This document shows positions 1 to 9,367 of a stretch of 64,000 nucleotides of DNA, one piece after another. The number at the start of each line of letters is the position of its first letter. Within the stretch, counting starts at the first letter, position 1. The stretch is taken from NCBI GenBank assembly GCA_965221125.1, contig CBDCRW010000007.1, positions 736,001 through 800,000 of the forward strand. The letters run 5' to 3'. A model generated the notes under the pieces. The model did no database searches. It was not told the origin of the DNA and was given only the letters and a program-made list of their open reading frames with translations. The position numbers were made by a program, and so were the translations under genes. The stretch is from Alphaproteobacteria bacterium. Its GTDB lineage: Bacteria; Pseudomonadota; Alphaproteobacteria; UBA828.

Positions 1-645
1 GATGTAGCCGGCCGGGATGATCGCGGCGATCTCGTCGATCTGGTCCCCGCCGAGGTCGATCAGACCCTGCGTCATGATGGTGCCGGGGGAGATCGCGTTC
101 ACCGTGACGCCGTGCTTGGCAAGCTCCAGGGCTGCGCCCCGCACGAGCGCGTTCACGCCGCCCTTCGACGCCATGTAGTGCGAGAGGCCCGGCCAGCCCA
201 CGTTGGGGCCGGTGATCGAGGAGATGACGACGATGCGGCCGCGGCCTTGCGCTTTCATCTGCGGGATGCACGCGCGCATTCCGTTGAAGACGCCCTTGAG
301 GTTGGTGTCGAGCACGTCATCCCAGGTCTCGTCGGACATGTCGGCGATGTGGGAGGTGGGAAAGACGCCGGCGTTGGCACAGAGAATGTCGATGGCGCCG
401 TAGCGCTCGATGCAGGTCGCCGCCATCCGCTCCATGTCGGCGCGGCTCTTGACGTCAGCCTGGAGGAACGACGCCTCGCCGCCGGAAGCCACGATCTCCT
501 CCGTCGTCGCCTGGCCCGCTTCGGCGCTCCGGTTCACCACGAGCACCCTGGCGCCTTCCTTCGCGAACACCGCCGCAATGCCCTTGCCGATGCCGCGGCC
601 TGCGCCGGTTACGATCGCGGCCTTCCCCTGCAACGTAATCGCCAT
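1..645 (-). CDS. SDR family oxidoreductase (FabG-like), 3'-truncated by window edge
   Basis: Translated by hand from ATG at 645: MAITLQGKAAIVTGAGRGIGKG (TGxxxGIG), later CANAG and HYMASK (YxxxK); GGAGGAG RBS upstream. Not in the ORF track because it runs off the edge. Confidence 0.9.
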   Translation of the reverse strand, partial: MAITLQGKAAIVTGAGRGIGKGIAAVFAKEGARVLVVNRSAEAGQATTEEIVASGGEASFLQADVKSRADMERMAATCIERYGAIDILCANAGVFPTSHIADMSDETWDDVLDTNLKGVFNGMRACIPQMKAQGRGRIVVISSITGPNVGWPGLSHYMASKGGVNALVRGAALELAKHGVTVNAISPGTIMTQGLIDLGGDQIDEIAAIIPAGYI

Positions 646-822
646 GCTCTCCTCCCGCCGGTTGCGGGCGGACGATAGCACGGAGCCGCATGACACCGCG
701 CGGCATCGGCTTCGGCCCGCGTGCCGGGCAGTACCGTCCCGGGCGGTGCCGATGACTCGCCGCCTGCCCAGCCTTAGAGTGAACGAGAGACTGTTGGGAC
801 GCAGCGATTCGGAGTTGTCTCC

Positions 823-1968
823 ATGCCCATTGCCGACATTGCCGAGGCGTTGCCGCTGGTCGACCATCACTGCCACGGTCTGTTTCCCGCAGACCTGGAC
901 GACGACCGGCTCGCAGCGTCGCTGAGCGAGGCCTTCGCGCCGGCGCCTCCCGGCACGAGCCACTGGGACAAGCCGGTCGCTCTCAGCGTACGCCGCTGGT
1001 GCGCGCCGGTTCTCGACCTGCCGCCGTTCTGCCCGCCCGCGGCGTATGCCGAGCGCCGCCGCGCGCTCGGTGCGGCCGAGGTGAACCGTCGCTTTCTCGC
1101 CCAGTCGGGGATCGGCACTTACATCGTCGACAGCGGCAACCGGCCGGAGGAGTTGTGCAGCGTGTCCGAGGTCGGCGCGATCGCCGGCGCGCCGGCGCGG
1201 GAGATCGTGCGCATGGAGTCGGTCGCCGAGCGCGTGGCGCAGGGCGGCGTCTCTGCAGCGGGCTACGCGCAGGCGTTCGAGGCGGCTGTCCGCGACGCCG
1301 CTGACGACGAGAACGTCGTCGGCCTCAAGTCGATCCTGGCGTATCGCGCGACTCTCCGCATCGACTACGGGAAGCCGACACCGGGCGAGGTGGAGACCGC
1401 GGCCGGGCGCTGGCTCGCCGAGGTCGAGCAGACCGGCAACGCGCGCCTCACCGACGAGACGCTCGAACGCCACCTGATCTGGGCCGGCGCGGACATCGCG
1501 CGCGAGCGCGGCTTTCCGATCCAGTTCCACATCGGCATCGGCGATCCCGACATCGAGCTGCACCGGGTGGACCCGAGCCATCTCACGCCCTGGGTCAAGG
1601 CGGTCGAGCCGTGGGGCTTTCCCGTCACGCTTCTCCATTGCTACCCGTTCCACCGCGAAGCGGGCCTGATGGCGGAGAACTTCCCGCAGGTCTATTTCGA
1701 CGTGGGCTTCGCGCTGAACTGGGTGGGGCCGAGCTACCAGCGGATCATGGACGAGGCGCTCGAGCTCGTGCCCTTCACGAAGCAGCTCTTCAGCACCGAC
1801 GCATTCGGCCTCGCCGAGCTTTACTTCCTCGGCGCAAAGCGTTTCCGCACGTCTCTCTCCCGTGCTCTCGATCGCTGGGTCGAGGACGACGAATGCACGG
1901 TGACTGAAGCCGGGCGGATCGCGTCTCTCGTCGGTGTCGAGAACGCCCGGCGCATCTACAGGATATAG
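823..1968 (+). CDS. Amidohydrolase family protein (FluG N-terminal / GlnA3-associated type)
   Basis: DHHCH metal motif at N-terminus, GLKSILAYR, QFHIGIGD, LLHCYP, LFSTD. Confidence 0.85.
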   Translation: MPIADIAEALPLVDHHCHGLFPADLDDDRLAASLSEAFAPAPPGTSHWDKPVALSVRRWCAPVLDLPPFCPPAAYAERRRALGAAEVNRRFLAQSGIGTYIVDSGNRPEELCSVSEVGAIAGAPAREIVRMESVAERVAQGGVSAAGYAQAFEAAVRDAADDENVVGLKSILAYRATLRIDYGKPTPGEVETAAGRWLAEVEQTGNARLTDETLERHLIWAGADIARERGFPIQFHIGIGDPDIELHRVDPSHLTPWVKAVEPWGFPVTLLHCYPFHREAGLMAENFPQVYFDVGFALNWVGPSYQRIMDEALELVPFTKQLFSTDAFGLAELYFLGAKRFRTSLSRALDRWVEDDECTVTEAGRIASLVGVENARRIYRI

Positions 1969-1976
1969 GTGCGTCG

Positions 1977-2771
1977 ATGACCGTGCCGCTGCTCGGGCCT
2001 GGCGACCCGCCGCCCTTCGAGACGCTCAACGTGCGGGGGACGTCGCGGGCGCTCGTCGTCTGCGACCACGCAAGCTGCCGCATACCGGCCGCGCTCGGCA
2101 CTCTGGGCGTCAGCGAGGTCGAGCGGACCGAGCACATCGGCTGGGACCTCGGCGCAGGGGCCGTGGCCCGGCGGCTCGCGTCGCTCCTCGATGCGCCGGC
2201 GGTTCTCGCGGGCTATTCGCGCCTGGTGGTCGACTGCAACCGGCCAGCGGCGGCGCCCGACCGGATTCCGGCGGTGAGCGATACCGTGCCGGTGCCCGGC
2301 AACGCGGACCTCGACCAAGCGGAGGCGGATGCGCGGATTGCGGAAATCTTCACCCCCTACCACGATGCGATCGCCGCGGCCCTCGACCGGATGACCGCCT
2401 CCGGCTTGCTGCCCGTATTGGTGGCAGTCCACAGCTTCACCCCGCAGCTAGTCGGCGGCGACCCGCGACCGTGGGAGATCGGCATCTGCTGGGACAAGGA
2501 CCGGCGCCTGGCGGACCCCCTGATCGAGCGCCTGCGCGCGGACGGCCTTCTGGTCGGCGCCAACGAGCCCTACGACTTCGGCGTGCTCACCGACTACACC
2601 GTGCCTGCGCACGCCGAAGGGCGCGGGCTGCCGTCGCTCCTCATCGAGATCCGCAACAGCGAGATTCGCTCGGCCACGGCCGTCGAGACCTGGGCGCAGC
2701 GACTCGCTGGCCACATCCGCGCGCTGCTCGACCTCCCGGAATCGCAGCGGCCGGAGCGCGTCGCCGGATAA
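1977..2771 (+). CDS. N-formylglutamate amidohydrolase family protein
   Basis: VCDHAS, HIGWDLGA, YSRLVVDCNR, HSFTP, NEPY, IEIRN motifs. Confidence 0.9.
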   Translation: MTVPLLGPGDPPPFETLNVRGTSRALVVCDHASCRIPAALGTLGVSEVERTEHIGWDLGAGAVARRLASLLDAPAVLAGYSRLVVDCNRPAAAPDRIPAVSDTVPVPGNADLDQAEADARIAEIFTPYHDAIAAALDRMTASGLLPVLVAVHSFTPQLVGGDPRPWEIGICWDKDRRLADPLIERLRADGLLVGANEPYDFGVLTDYTVPAHAEGRGLPSLLIEIRNSEIRSATAVETWAQRLAGHIRALLDLPESQRPERVAG

Positions 2772-2790
2772 CGCAGCGGCGGCACGCGGC

Positions 2791-3495
2791 TTACTCGAAG
2801 GGCAGGCGGTCCAGGTTGCCCTTGGGCTCACGCGGTTGCAGGCGCCGCGAGAGATAGCGGCCAAGAAAATCCTTCTCCCAGGCGCGGGTGCGCTCGAGCG
2901 CCCGCGTGAGCTCCGGCTCTTCCATCGTCATCATCACGACGTAGGCATAGTTCTCGGCGGCGGCACCGATCTCCTGCAGGTTGGCTTCCGGGTCGCTGGC
3001 GATGATCGTCGCCGTGCTGAGGAAAAAAATCGCCTCCTCGTCGTCCCTCGGCACGCCGAGACCGCGCGCGTAGAGCACGCCGAGATTGAAGCGGCTCGCC
3101 GCGTCGTCCTGCTCGGCCGCGCGGCCGAACCATTCCGCTGCCGCCGCGTAGTCGCGCTCGACGCCGAGGCCGCCGGCGAAGATGGCGCCCATGTTGAACT
3201 GCCCGGTGACGTCGCCCTGTTCGGCCGCACGGCGGGTCCAGCGCAGGGCCTCCGCATAGTCCACCGCGACGCCGTTGCCGTGGATGTAGAGGCTGCCGAT
3301 CGCCGCCTGCGCCCGTGCGTCGCCTGCCTCCGCAAGCGGCATCCACGCCTCGATCGCAGCGGCGATGTCGCCCCGCTCGAAGGCGGCCTGGCCCGTCTCC
3401 CAATCGGCGGCGGCAGACCGCACTCCGAGCGCGAACGTCGCGGCGACCAGGGCCACGAGCGCCCACTTCTGCCCCCGGCGCAACCGGCTGCTCAT
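2791..3495 (-). CDS. Secreted Sel1-repeat protein
   Basis: Signal-peptide-like N-terminus and about 3 Sel1 repeats (AAEQGDxxxQFNMG...G.GV.RD). ATG overlaps the guaA stop (ATGA); alternative start 3501. Confidence 0.85.
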   Translation of the reverse strand: MSSRLRRGQKWALVALVAATFALGVRSAAADWETGQAAFERGDIAAAIEAWMPLAEAGDARAQAAIGSLYIHGNGVAVDYAEALRWTRRAAEQGDVTGQFNMGAIFAGGLGVERDYAAAAEWFGRAAEQDDAASRFNLGVLYARGLGVPRDDEEAIFFLSTATIIASDPEANLQEIGAAAENYAYVVMMTMEEPELTRALERTRAWEKDFLGRYLSRRLQPREPKGNLDRLPFE

Positions 3496-5036
3496 TCCCA
3501 TTCGATCGTTCCCGGCGGTTTCGAGGTCACGTCGTAGACCACACGGTTGATGCCCTTTACCTCGTTGACGATCCGGTTCGCCACGCCGCCGAGGAACCCC
3601 ATGTCGAAATGGTAGAAGTCGGCCGTCATGCCGTCGGTCGACGTGACGGCGCGGAGCGCACAGACGTGCTCGTAGGTGCGCGCATCGCCCATCACACCCA
3701 CGGTCTGCACCGGCAGCAGGACCGCAAAGGCCTGCCAGATGGCGTCGTAGAGGCCGGCGCTCCGGATCTCCTCGATCAGGATCGCGTCGGCCTGCTGCAG
3801 GATCGCGACCCTCTCCGCCGTCACCTCGCCCGGAATGCGGATCGCGAGGCCGGGGCCGGGGAAGGGGTGACGCCCGGTGAGAGCCGCCGGCATCCCGAGC
3901 GCGCGGCCGAGGGCGCGCACCTCGTCCTTGAACAGCATGCGAAGCGGCTCGACCAACTCGAGGTTCATCCGCTCCGGTAGTCCACCGACATTGTGGTGGG
4001 ACTTGATGACCGCGCTCGGGCCGCTGACGGAGACGGATTCGATCACGTCCGGGTAGAGCGTTCCCTGGGCCAGGAAGTCGGCATCGCCGGTGCTTCGTGC
4101 CGCCCGCTCGAACACGTCGATGAACGTGGCGCCGATGATCTTGCGCTTCTCCTCGGGCTCGCTGACGCCAGCGAGCCCTTCGAGGAACGCGTCCCGCGCG
4201 TCCTCATGGACCAGCGGGATGTTGTAGTGCCCGCGAAAGAGGCTCGTGACTTCCTCGGCCTCGCCCTGGCGCATGAGGCCGGTGTCGACGAACACGCAGG
4301 TGAGCTGTTCTCCGATCGCCTCGTGCAGCAGGACCGCCACTACCGACGAATCGACGCCGCCCGACAGGCCGCAAATCACCCGTCCGTCGCCGACCTGCGC
4401 TCGAATGGCCTCGATGGCGCTGGCGCGGAACGAGGCCATCGACCAGGTGCCGTCGCAGCCGGCGACGTGGCGCGCGAAGTTCTCGAGGAGCGCTGCGCCG
4501 TGGGGGGTGTGCACCACCTCGGGGTGAAACTGGATGCCGTAGAAATGCCGCCGGTCGTCGGCGATGGCCGCGAAGGGCGCCGAGTCCGTGCGCGCGACCA
4601 CGCGAAAGCCATCCGGCAGCGCCGCGACCGCGTCGCCGTGGCTCATCCACACCTGCTCGCGCGCGCCCACCTGCCAGACCCCGTCGAAGAGCGCGCAGGG
4701 CTCGACGACGTCCAGGTGTGCCCGCCCGAACTCGCGTTGGGCGGTCGACTCGACCGTGCCGCCCAGCGCCGCGCACATCGCCTGCTGGCCGTAGCAGATG
4801 CCGAGCAGCGGGATGCCGAGCGCGTAGATGCCCTCGTCGGGGCGCGGCGCCCCGGCCTCGGTGAGCGATGCCGGCCCGCCCGAAAGGATGACGCCCCGCG
4901 GCGCCAGGCGTTCGATCTCGCTTGCCGTCGTCGAGTAGGGCCTGATCTCGCAGTAGACCCCGGCCTCGCGCACGCGGCGCGCAATCAGCTGCGTCACCTG
5001 CGAGCCGAAATCGAGGATCAGAATCTGTTCGGTCAT
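3492..5036 (-). CDS. guaA: GMP synthase (glutamine-hydrolysing)
   Basis: [38 protein letters not shown]-terminal KPPGTIEWE; start at MTEQ (5036). Confidence 0.98.
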   Translation of the reverse strand: MTEQILILDFGSQVTQLIARRVREAGVYCEIRPYSTTASEIERLAPRGVILSGGPASLTEAGAPRPDEGIYALGIPLLGICYGQQAMCAALGGTVESTAQREFGRAHLDVVEPCALFDGVWQVGAREQVWMSHGDAVAALPDGFRVVARTDSAPFAAIADDRRHFYGIQFHPEVVHTPHGAALLENFARHVAGCDGTWSMASFRASAIEAIRAQVGDGRVICGLSGGVDSSVVAVLLHEAIGEQLTCVFVDTGLMRQGEAEEVTSLFRGHYNIPLVHEDARDAFLEGLAGVSEPEEKRKIIGATFIDVFERAARSTGDADFLAQGTLYPDVIESVSVSGPSAVIKSHHNVGGLPERMNLELVEPLRMLFKDEVRALGRALGMPAALTGRHPFPGPGLAIRIPGEVTAERVAILQQADAILIEEIRSAGLYDAIWQAFAVLLPVQTVGVMGDARTYEHVCALRAVTSTDGMTADFYHFDMGFLGGVANRIVNEVKGINRVVYDVTSKPPGTIEWE

Positions 5037-5130
5037 GAGTCGCTCAGCGGCACGGGGTGGTCTGTGCAATGGACTGCGCTGCGCTTGCCACCTATGGTGA
5101 ACGAGCACGGAAATCGAGAAATACGACGTC

Positions 5131-6282
5131 GTGGATAGCACGGCATTTACGCAGCAAAAAGTGCGCTCGGCGGCTTGGCTCAGGCGGGCGGCGCTCGCCT
5201 CCGGAGTGCTGGCCGCAGTGGCGACGTGCTCCGGTGCTCTCGCCAGTGACCCGATCTCGGACGCGCTTTCGCTGGTGGAGCAGGAGCGTTACCCGGAAGC
5301 GCGCGAGGTCCTCGAACCGATGCTCCAGCAGGAGCCCGATTCGCCCGATGTGCGGCTCATTCACGGCGTCTTGCAGGCGCGCCAGGGGAACCTTGCCGAG
5401 GCGGTCGCCATCTTCGAGGGCCTTAGAGCCGATCATCCCGGCATGTTCGAGGCGCACAACAATCTTGCCGTGCTCTACGCCAGGATGGGACGGCTGGACG
5501 ATGCGCGCGAAGCCCTCGTCGCCGCGCTGGAGTTGCGGTCCGATGCTGTCGTGTATGCCAATCTCGGCGACGTCTACATGAAACTGGCGGAGCGGGCGTA
5601 CCAGCACGCCCACGCGCTTCGCGACCAGGATCTCGCGGCGCTGGAGGGGAGCGGACAAGCCACCGAAGGTTCCGAGCCCGCACAGACGACGGACGATCCT
5701 CCGGCGGCTGCGGCGCCAGTGGACGTGGAACCGGATATCGCCGCCGACGTCCGGGAACCGGGGGAATCCCAAGGCCCTGCGGAACCGGAGGCGGCGCCTG
5801 AGCAGGCGCCAGGCACGTTCTGTGTCCGCGCGGGCTGGTTCAAGGAGCGCGCGGCCGCCGGCGACGCGGCGGAGTGGATGCGCGCGGCCGGTGCGGAAGC
5901 CGTCGGGATCCGTCACGAAGAGCAACAGGTCATCAGGAACTACCAGGTGTACCTGCCGCCGGCCTCAAGCCGCGCGGCGGCGAGGGCAGTGGCGAGCGAG
6001 CTGCGTCACAAGGGCGTGGACGACATCTGGATCATCGCCGAGGGCGCGCAGGCCAACGGGATCTCGCTCGGCGTCTACCGCAGCAAGGGCAACATGACTC
6101 GCCGCATGGCCGAGTTGGAGCGGCTGGGATACGCGGTCGTGACCACGGCGAATACGAAGACCGTCACCGAGTACGCCGTCGAGGCGCGCACCGGCGATGA
6201 TCTCTCCGCCCTCGAAGATGCCTGGAACGCCAGATTCCAGGACTACGCCATCCGTCGCATGGATTGCGCCGATCTAACCTGA
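5131..6282 (+). CDS. Exported TPR protein with C-terminal SPOR-like domain(s)
   Basis: Signal peptide, TPR ([19 protein letters not shown]), Pro/Ala/Glu linker, YQVYLPP...ISLGVY SPOR-like region. Confidence 0.7.
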   Translation: MDSTAFTQQKVRSAAWLRRAALASGVLAAVATCSGALASDPISDALSLVEQERYPEAREVLEPMLQQEPDSPDVRLIHGVLQARQGNLAEAVAIFEGLRADHPGMFEAHNNLAVLYARMGRLDDAREALVAALELRSDAVVYANLGDVYMKLAERAYQHAHALRDQDLAALEGSGQATEGSEPAQTTDDPPAAAAPVDVEPDIAADVREPGESQGPAEPEAAPEQAPGTFCVRAGWFKERAAAGDAAEWMRAAGAEAVGIRHEEQQVIRNYQVYLPPASSRAAARAVASELRHKGVDDIWIIAEGAQANGISLGVYRSKGNMTRRMAELERLGYAVVTTANTKTVTEYAVEARTGDDLSALEDAWNARFQDYAIRRMDCADLT

Positions 6283-6300
6283 AGGCGAGAAGGCCGCGGT

Positions 6301-6699
6301 ATGCGACTCTGGAACTATGCGGTCAAGGTTGCGGACCTCGACGCTGCGGCCGCCTTCTACACCGAGACCATGGACGGCGAGGAGCGGCTCGCCGGCCGGG
6401 TGTTCGGCTGTGACTACCGGGTCCTCCGGCTCGGCGGCACGCGGCTCCTGCTGTTCACCAAGGCGCCATACGAGGACTTGCTGCACGAGCCGCTGCCCCT
6501 CGGCTTCCTCCACGTGGTCTTCGAGGTGGACGACTTCGACGCCGAGGTTGCTCGACTGCGCGGCGCCGGCGTTCCGTTTATTCTCGAGCCGCAGGAGATC
6601 GAGTCGGAGTTCGGGCGCCGTCGCATCGTCTTCTTCGTCGCACCGGATGGCGTTCGCACGGAGATCATGCAGATCATCACCGACACCGGCATCGCCTGA
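6301..6699 (+). CDS. VOC/glyoxalase family protein
   Basis: VADLDAAAAFY, HVVFEVDD, FFVAPDGVRTE. Confidence 0.85.
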   Translation: MRLWNYAVKVADLDAAAAFYTETMDGEERLAGRVFGCDYRVLRLGGTRLLLFTKAPYEDLLHEPLPLGFLHVVFEVDDFDAEVARLRGAGVPFILEPQEIESEFGRRRIVFFVAPDGVRTEIMQIITDTGIA

Positions 6700-6749
6700 G
6701 CGGACAATCGATCGGGCAACGGAGACACGTGGAGCGGAAAGGCTTTCCG

Positions 6750-7010
6750 ATGGAGCGTTGCAACCCGCATGCGTGGCGCACACCTGCGCTCGGCGACAGG
6801 GCGCTCGTCTGCGACGTATGCGAGGCCCGGCTCGACCTCGTGCGCGACATCACGCCCGAAGTTCAGGCGGACATCTTGCGCGACTATCGCCGTCACCACG
6901 GGCCAATCGTGGGCGAGCATTTTCGGGCGGCACTGGAGGCCGCTCTGGCGGCGGCGCGGTCCGCCGGATCAAGCCGCGGGCCGGCGTCTGCGGAGGAGGG
7001 GGGCGCCTGA
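6750..7010 (+). CDS. Small hypothetical protein with CxxH...CxxC (possible Zn ribbon)
   Basis: ORF fills the gap with GC3-rich codons; CNPH and CDVC motifs; alternative GTG start 6729. Confidence 0.55.
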   Translation: MERCNPHAWRTPALGDRALVCDVCEARLDLVRDITPEVQADILRDYRRHHGPIVGEHFRAALEAALAAARSAGSSRGPASAEEGGA

Positions 7011-7011
7011 C

Positions 7012-7158
7012 GTGCGGCGCTTTCTGAGGGACGCCGCCGTCGCGCTGTTCGTGGGCGCCGTCCTTGTCGTGCTTGCCATCGTTCTCAATGCGCCGTCCGA
7101 CAACGATCCGTCGGACGGCGGTTCGGCGCCGGCCCAGGATGCGCCCGCCGACCCCTAG
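7012..7158 (+). CDS. 48-aa single-pass membrane/secreted peptide
   Basis: GGAGGAGG RBS, GTG start 1 nt after the previous stop, MRRFLRDAAVALFVGAVLVVLAIVLN hydrophobic helix and D/P-rich tail. Confidence 0.5.
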   Translation: MRRFLRDAAVALFVGAVLVVLAIVLNAPSDNDPSDGGSAPAQDAPADP

Positions 7159-7170
7159 CGCCGCCCGATC

Positions 7171-8358
7171 TCACGCTTTGAGGCGGCTGCCTAGGTGCTC
7201 GACGGCGGCCGAGACGCCGCCCTTTCCGTGCGGAATGTCGAGCGCGGCAAGGCCGGTCTCGATGGCTCCGAGCGTGCCGAGCATCATCGGTGCGTTCACG
7301 TGGCCCATGTGGGCGATGCGGAACGCGTGGCCGGCGATATCGCCGAGACCGATGCCGAGGCTCACGTTGCAGACCTCCCAGCACCAGTCGAGCAGACGGC
7401 TCAGGTCGGGATCGTCCAACAGGATCGTGGTCACCGTGGGAGACCGTTCCGCCGGCTCCGGGATGTTGAAAGCGAGCGTTCCCGCCTCGCACCAGCGCTT
7501 CACCGCCGCCTGCGTAGCGCCGGCGAGGAGCGCATGGCGACGGAAGGCGTTCTCCAGCCCTTCCTCCAAGAGCATGTCGAGGGACTTGCGCAGGCCGAAC
7601 AGCAGGTGCACCGGCGGCGTGCCGCAGTACTTCATGTAGTGGAGGTCGCCCTCGCGAACGGTCCAGTCCCAGTACCGCGTCCGCAGCCCGGCGTCGGCAT
7701 GGGCGGCGAGCGCCTTCTCTCGCGCGGCGATGAAGCTCAGGCCGGGCGTCATCATGAGCCCCTTCTGCGCACCCGCCACCGCAACATCAATTCCCCAGTC
7801 GTCCATCTCGAAGGGCATCGAGCCGAGCGACGCGATGACATCGACCATGAAGAGCGCATCGTGGCCGCTCGCCCGGATGGCCTTGCCCAGGGCCGGGATG
7901 TCGTTCACGACGCCGGAGGCTGTATCCACCTGCACCACCAGGATGGCCTTGATCTCGCCCGCCTTGTCGGCGCGAAGGCGCCTCTCCAGCGCTTCGGCCG
8001 ACACCGCGCGTCGGGGCCGTTCCGCCAGCACCTCCACCTCGACGCCAAGCGCCTCGGCCATCTCGCCCCACCCGACGGCGAAACGCCCGCTCTCCAGCGC
8101 CAGCACCTTCTCGCCGCGGGAGAGCACGTTGGAGAGCGCCGCCTCCCAGGCGCCGTGGCCGTTGGCGATGTAGATGTAGGTGCGCCCCTGTTCCGTGCGG
8201 AAGACACGCCGGAGGTCGTCCAGGCACGTATCGGTAACGGCCGTCAGTTCCTCGCCGTAGATGTCGACGGCCGGGCGCTGCATGGCCTGCAGCACCTCGT
8301 GGGGAACGGTGGTCGGGCCGGGCAGGGCCAGGAAATCGCGGCCGCGGCTTACGGTCAT
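7171..8358 (-). CDS. Class V PLP aminotransferase (serine-glyoxylate / alanine-glyoxylate type)
   Basis: LALPGPTTVP, NGHGAWEAA, VQVDTASG, GAQKGLMMTPG (PLP Lys), FRIAHMG. Confidence 0.92.
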   Translation of the reverse strand: MTVSRGRDFLALPGPTTVPHEVLQAMQRPAVDIYGEELTAVTDTCLDDLRRVFRTEQGRTYIYIANGHGAWEAALSNVLSRGEKVLALESGRFAVGWGEMAEALGVEVEVLAERPRRAVSAEALERRLRADKAGEIKAILVVQVDTASGVVNDIPALGKAIRASGHDALFMVDVIASLGSMPFEMDDWGIDVAVAGAQKGLMMTPGLSFIAAREKALAAHADAGLRTRYWDWTVREGDLHYMKYCGTPPVHLLFGLRKSLDMLLEEGLENAFRRHALLAGATQAAVKRWCEAGTLAFNIPEPAERSPTVTTILLDDPDLSRLLDWCWEVCNVSLGIGLGDIAGHAFRIAHMGHVNAPMMLGTLGAIETGLAALDIPHGKGGVSAAVEHLGSRLKA

Positions 8359-8488
8359 GGCTCACCTCGCGGAGTTCGGCGGGCGGGCGCGCCGCCGGGG
8401 CTTGCCCTACCGCTCTCACATCGGTTCGGCAAGCCCGTCGTTCAAGCGCTCGGCGGCGGAGGGTGGCGTGGAACCGAAGACTCGACCG

Positions 8489-9334
8489 TCACAACCCCAT
8501 CTGGGCAAGCACCGCCTGCGTAAGGGCGCTGCCGGGGCGACCCATTTCCATCACCACGTTGAAGTGGTGCAGCCCCTCGATCTCCATGACCGCGGCCTCG
8601 AAGCCGCGCGCCTGCCAGGCCTCGGCGAATGCCCGGTTCTGAGCTACGAAGGCTTCGGTCTCGGCGTCGCCGACCACGGCGACGAGCGGAGCCCCTGTCG
8701 CCGGGAGATTGTGTATGGGGCTGTTGCGTGCAGCCGCTTCCGCGTCGAGACGGACATCGTCGTTGATGCTGGTTTCCATGAGCGGCGCGAGGTCGAAGAT
8801 GCCCGAAATCGGCGTGCCGCCCTTCACCAGATCCGCAGGGCGCCCGCGCGCAGCCCAGTCGGTGCAGAGCATCGCCGCGGTCAGGTGCCCGCCTGCGGAG
8901 TGGCCGGAGACGAAGATGCGGTCGGGGTCGCCGTTGATCCGCGCGGCATTGTCGGCGATCCACTCGACGGCGGTGCGGCATTGTTCCACGATCGTGTCGA
9001 GTGTCACCGCCGGCGCCAGCGCGTAGTTGAGCGAGACGGCCGCACCGCCAGCGGCGACGAAGCCCTCGGCGGGAAACGAGTGAATGTCCTTGTCCATGGA
9101 CCGCCAGTAGCCGCCGTGGATGAAGACCTGGATCGGGGCGCCTTCCGCAGGGGCCGGGAAGAGGTCGGCGGTCATGTTGGGGCCGGCGCCGTAGCGTACA
9201 TCGAGGATGCAGTCGAGAGTGTCCCGGACCCGCGCGCTCTCCGACTCCCACACCGCGAAATAATCTTCGAAGTCCGGGTGACGCAGCCGCAAATTGTAGC
9301 CGGCCTCCTGGGGTAGGTTCCGTTGTTCGCTCAT
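8489..9334 (-). CDS. Alpha/beta hydrolase, arylformamidase (kynurenine formamidase)-like
   Basis: FIHGGYW, GHSAGGHL, ISGIFDL, HHF motifs. Confidence 0.85.
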   Translation of the reverse strand: MSEQRNLPQEAGYNLRLRHPDFEDYFAVWESESARVRDTLDCILDVRYGAGPNMTADLFPAPAEGAPIQVFIHGGYWRSMDKDIHSFPAEGFVAAGGAAVSLNYALAPAVTLDTIVEQCRTAVEWIADNAARINGDPDRIFVSGHSAGGHLTAAMLCTDWAARGRPADLVKGGTPISGIFDLAPLMETSINDDVRLDAEAAARNSPIHNLPATGAPLVAVVGDAETEAFVAQNRAFAEAWQARGFEAAVMEIEGLHHFNVVMEMGRPGSALTQAVLAQMGL

Positions 9335-9367
9335 CCCGTCGCTCCAGTCGTTCAAGTCCCGCTGCCG

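Noticed and set aside
2791-3510. Genomic island integrated at the guaA 3' end (a known hotspot)
   Set aside because: No integrase, no duplicated guaA 3' sequence noticed in the window, and no GC shift; the Sel1 gene is simply coupled to guaA.
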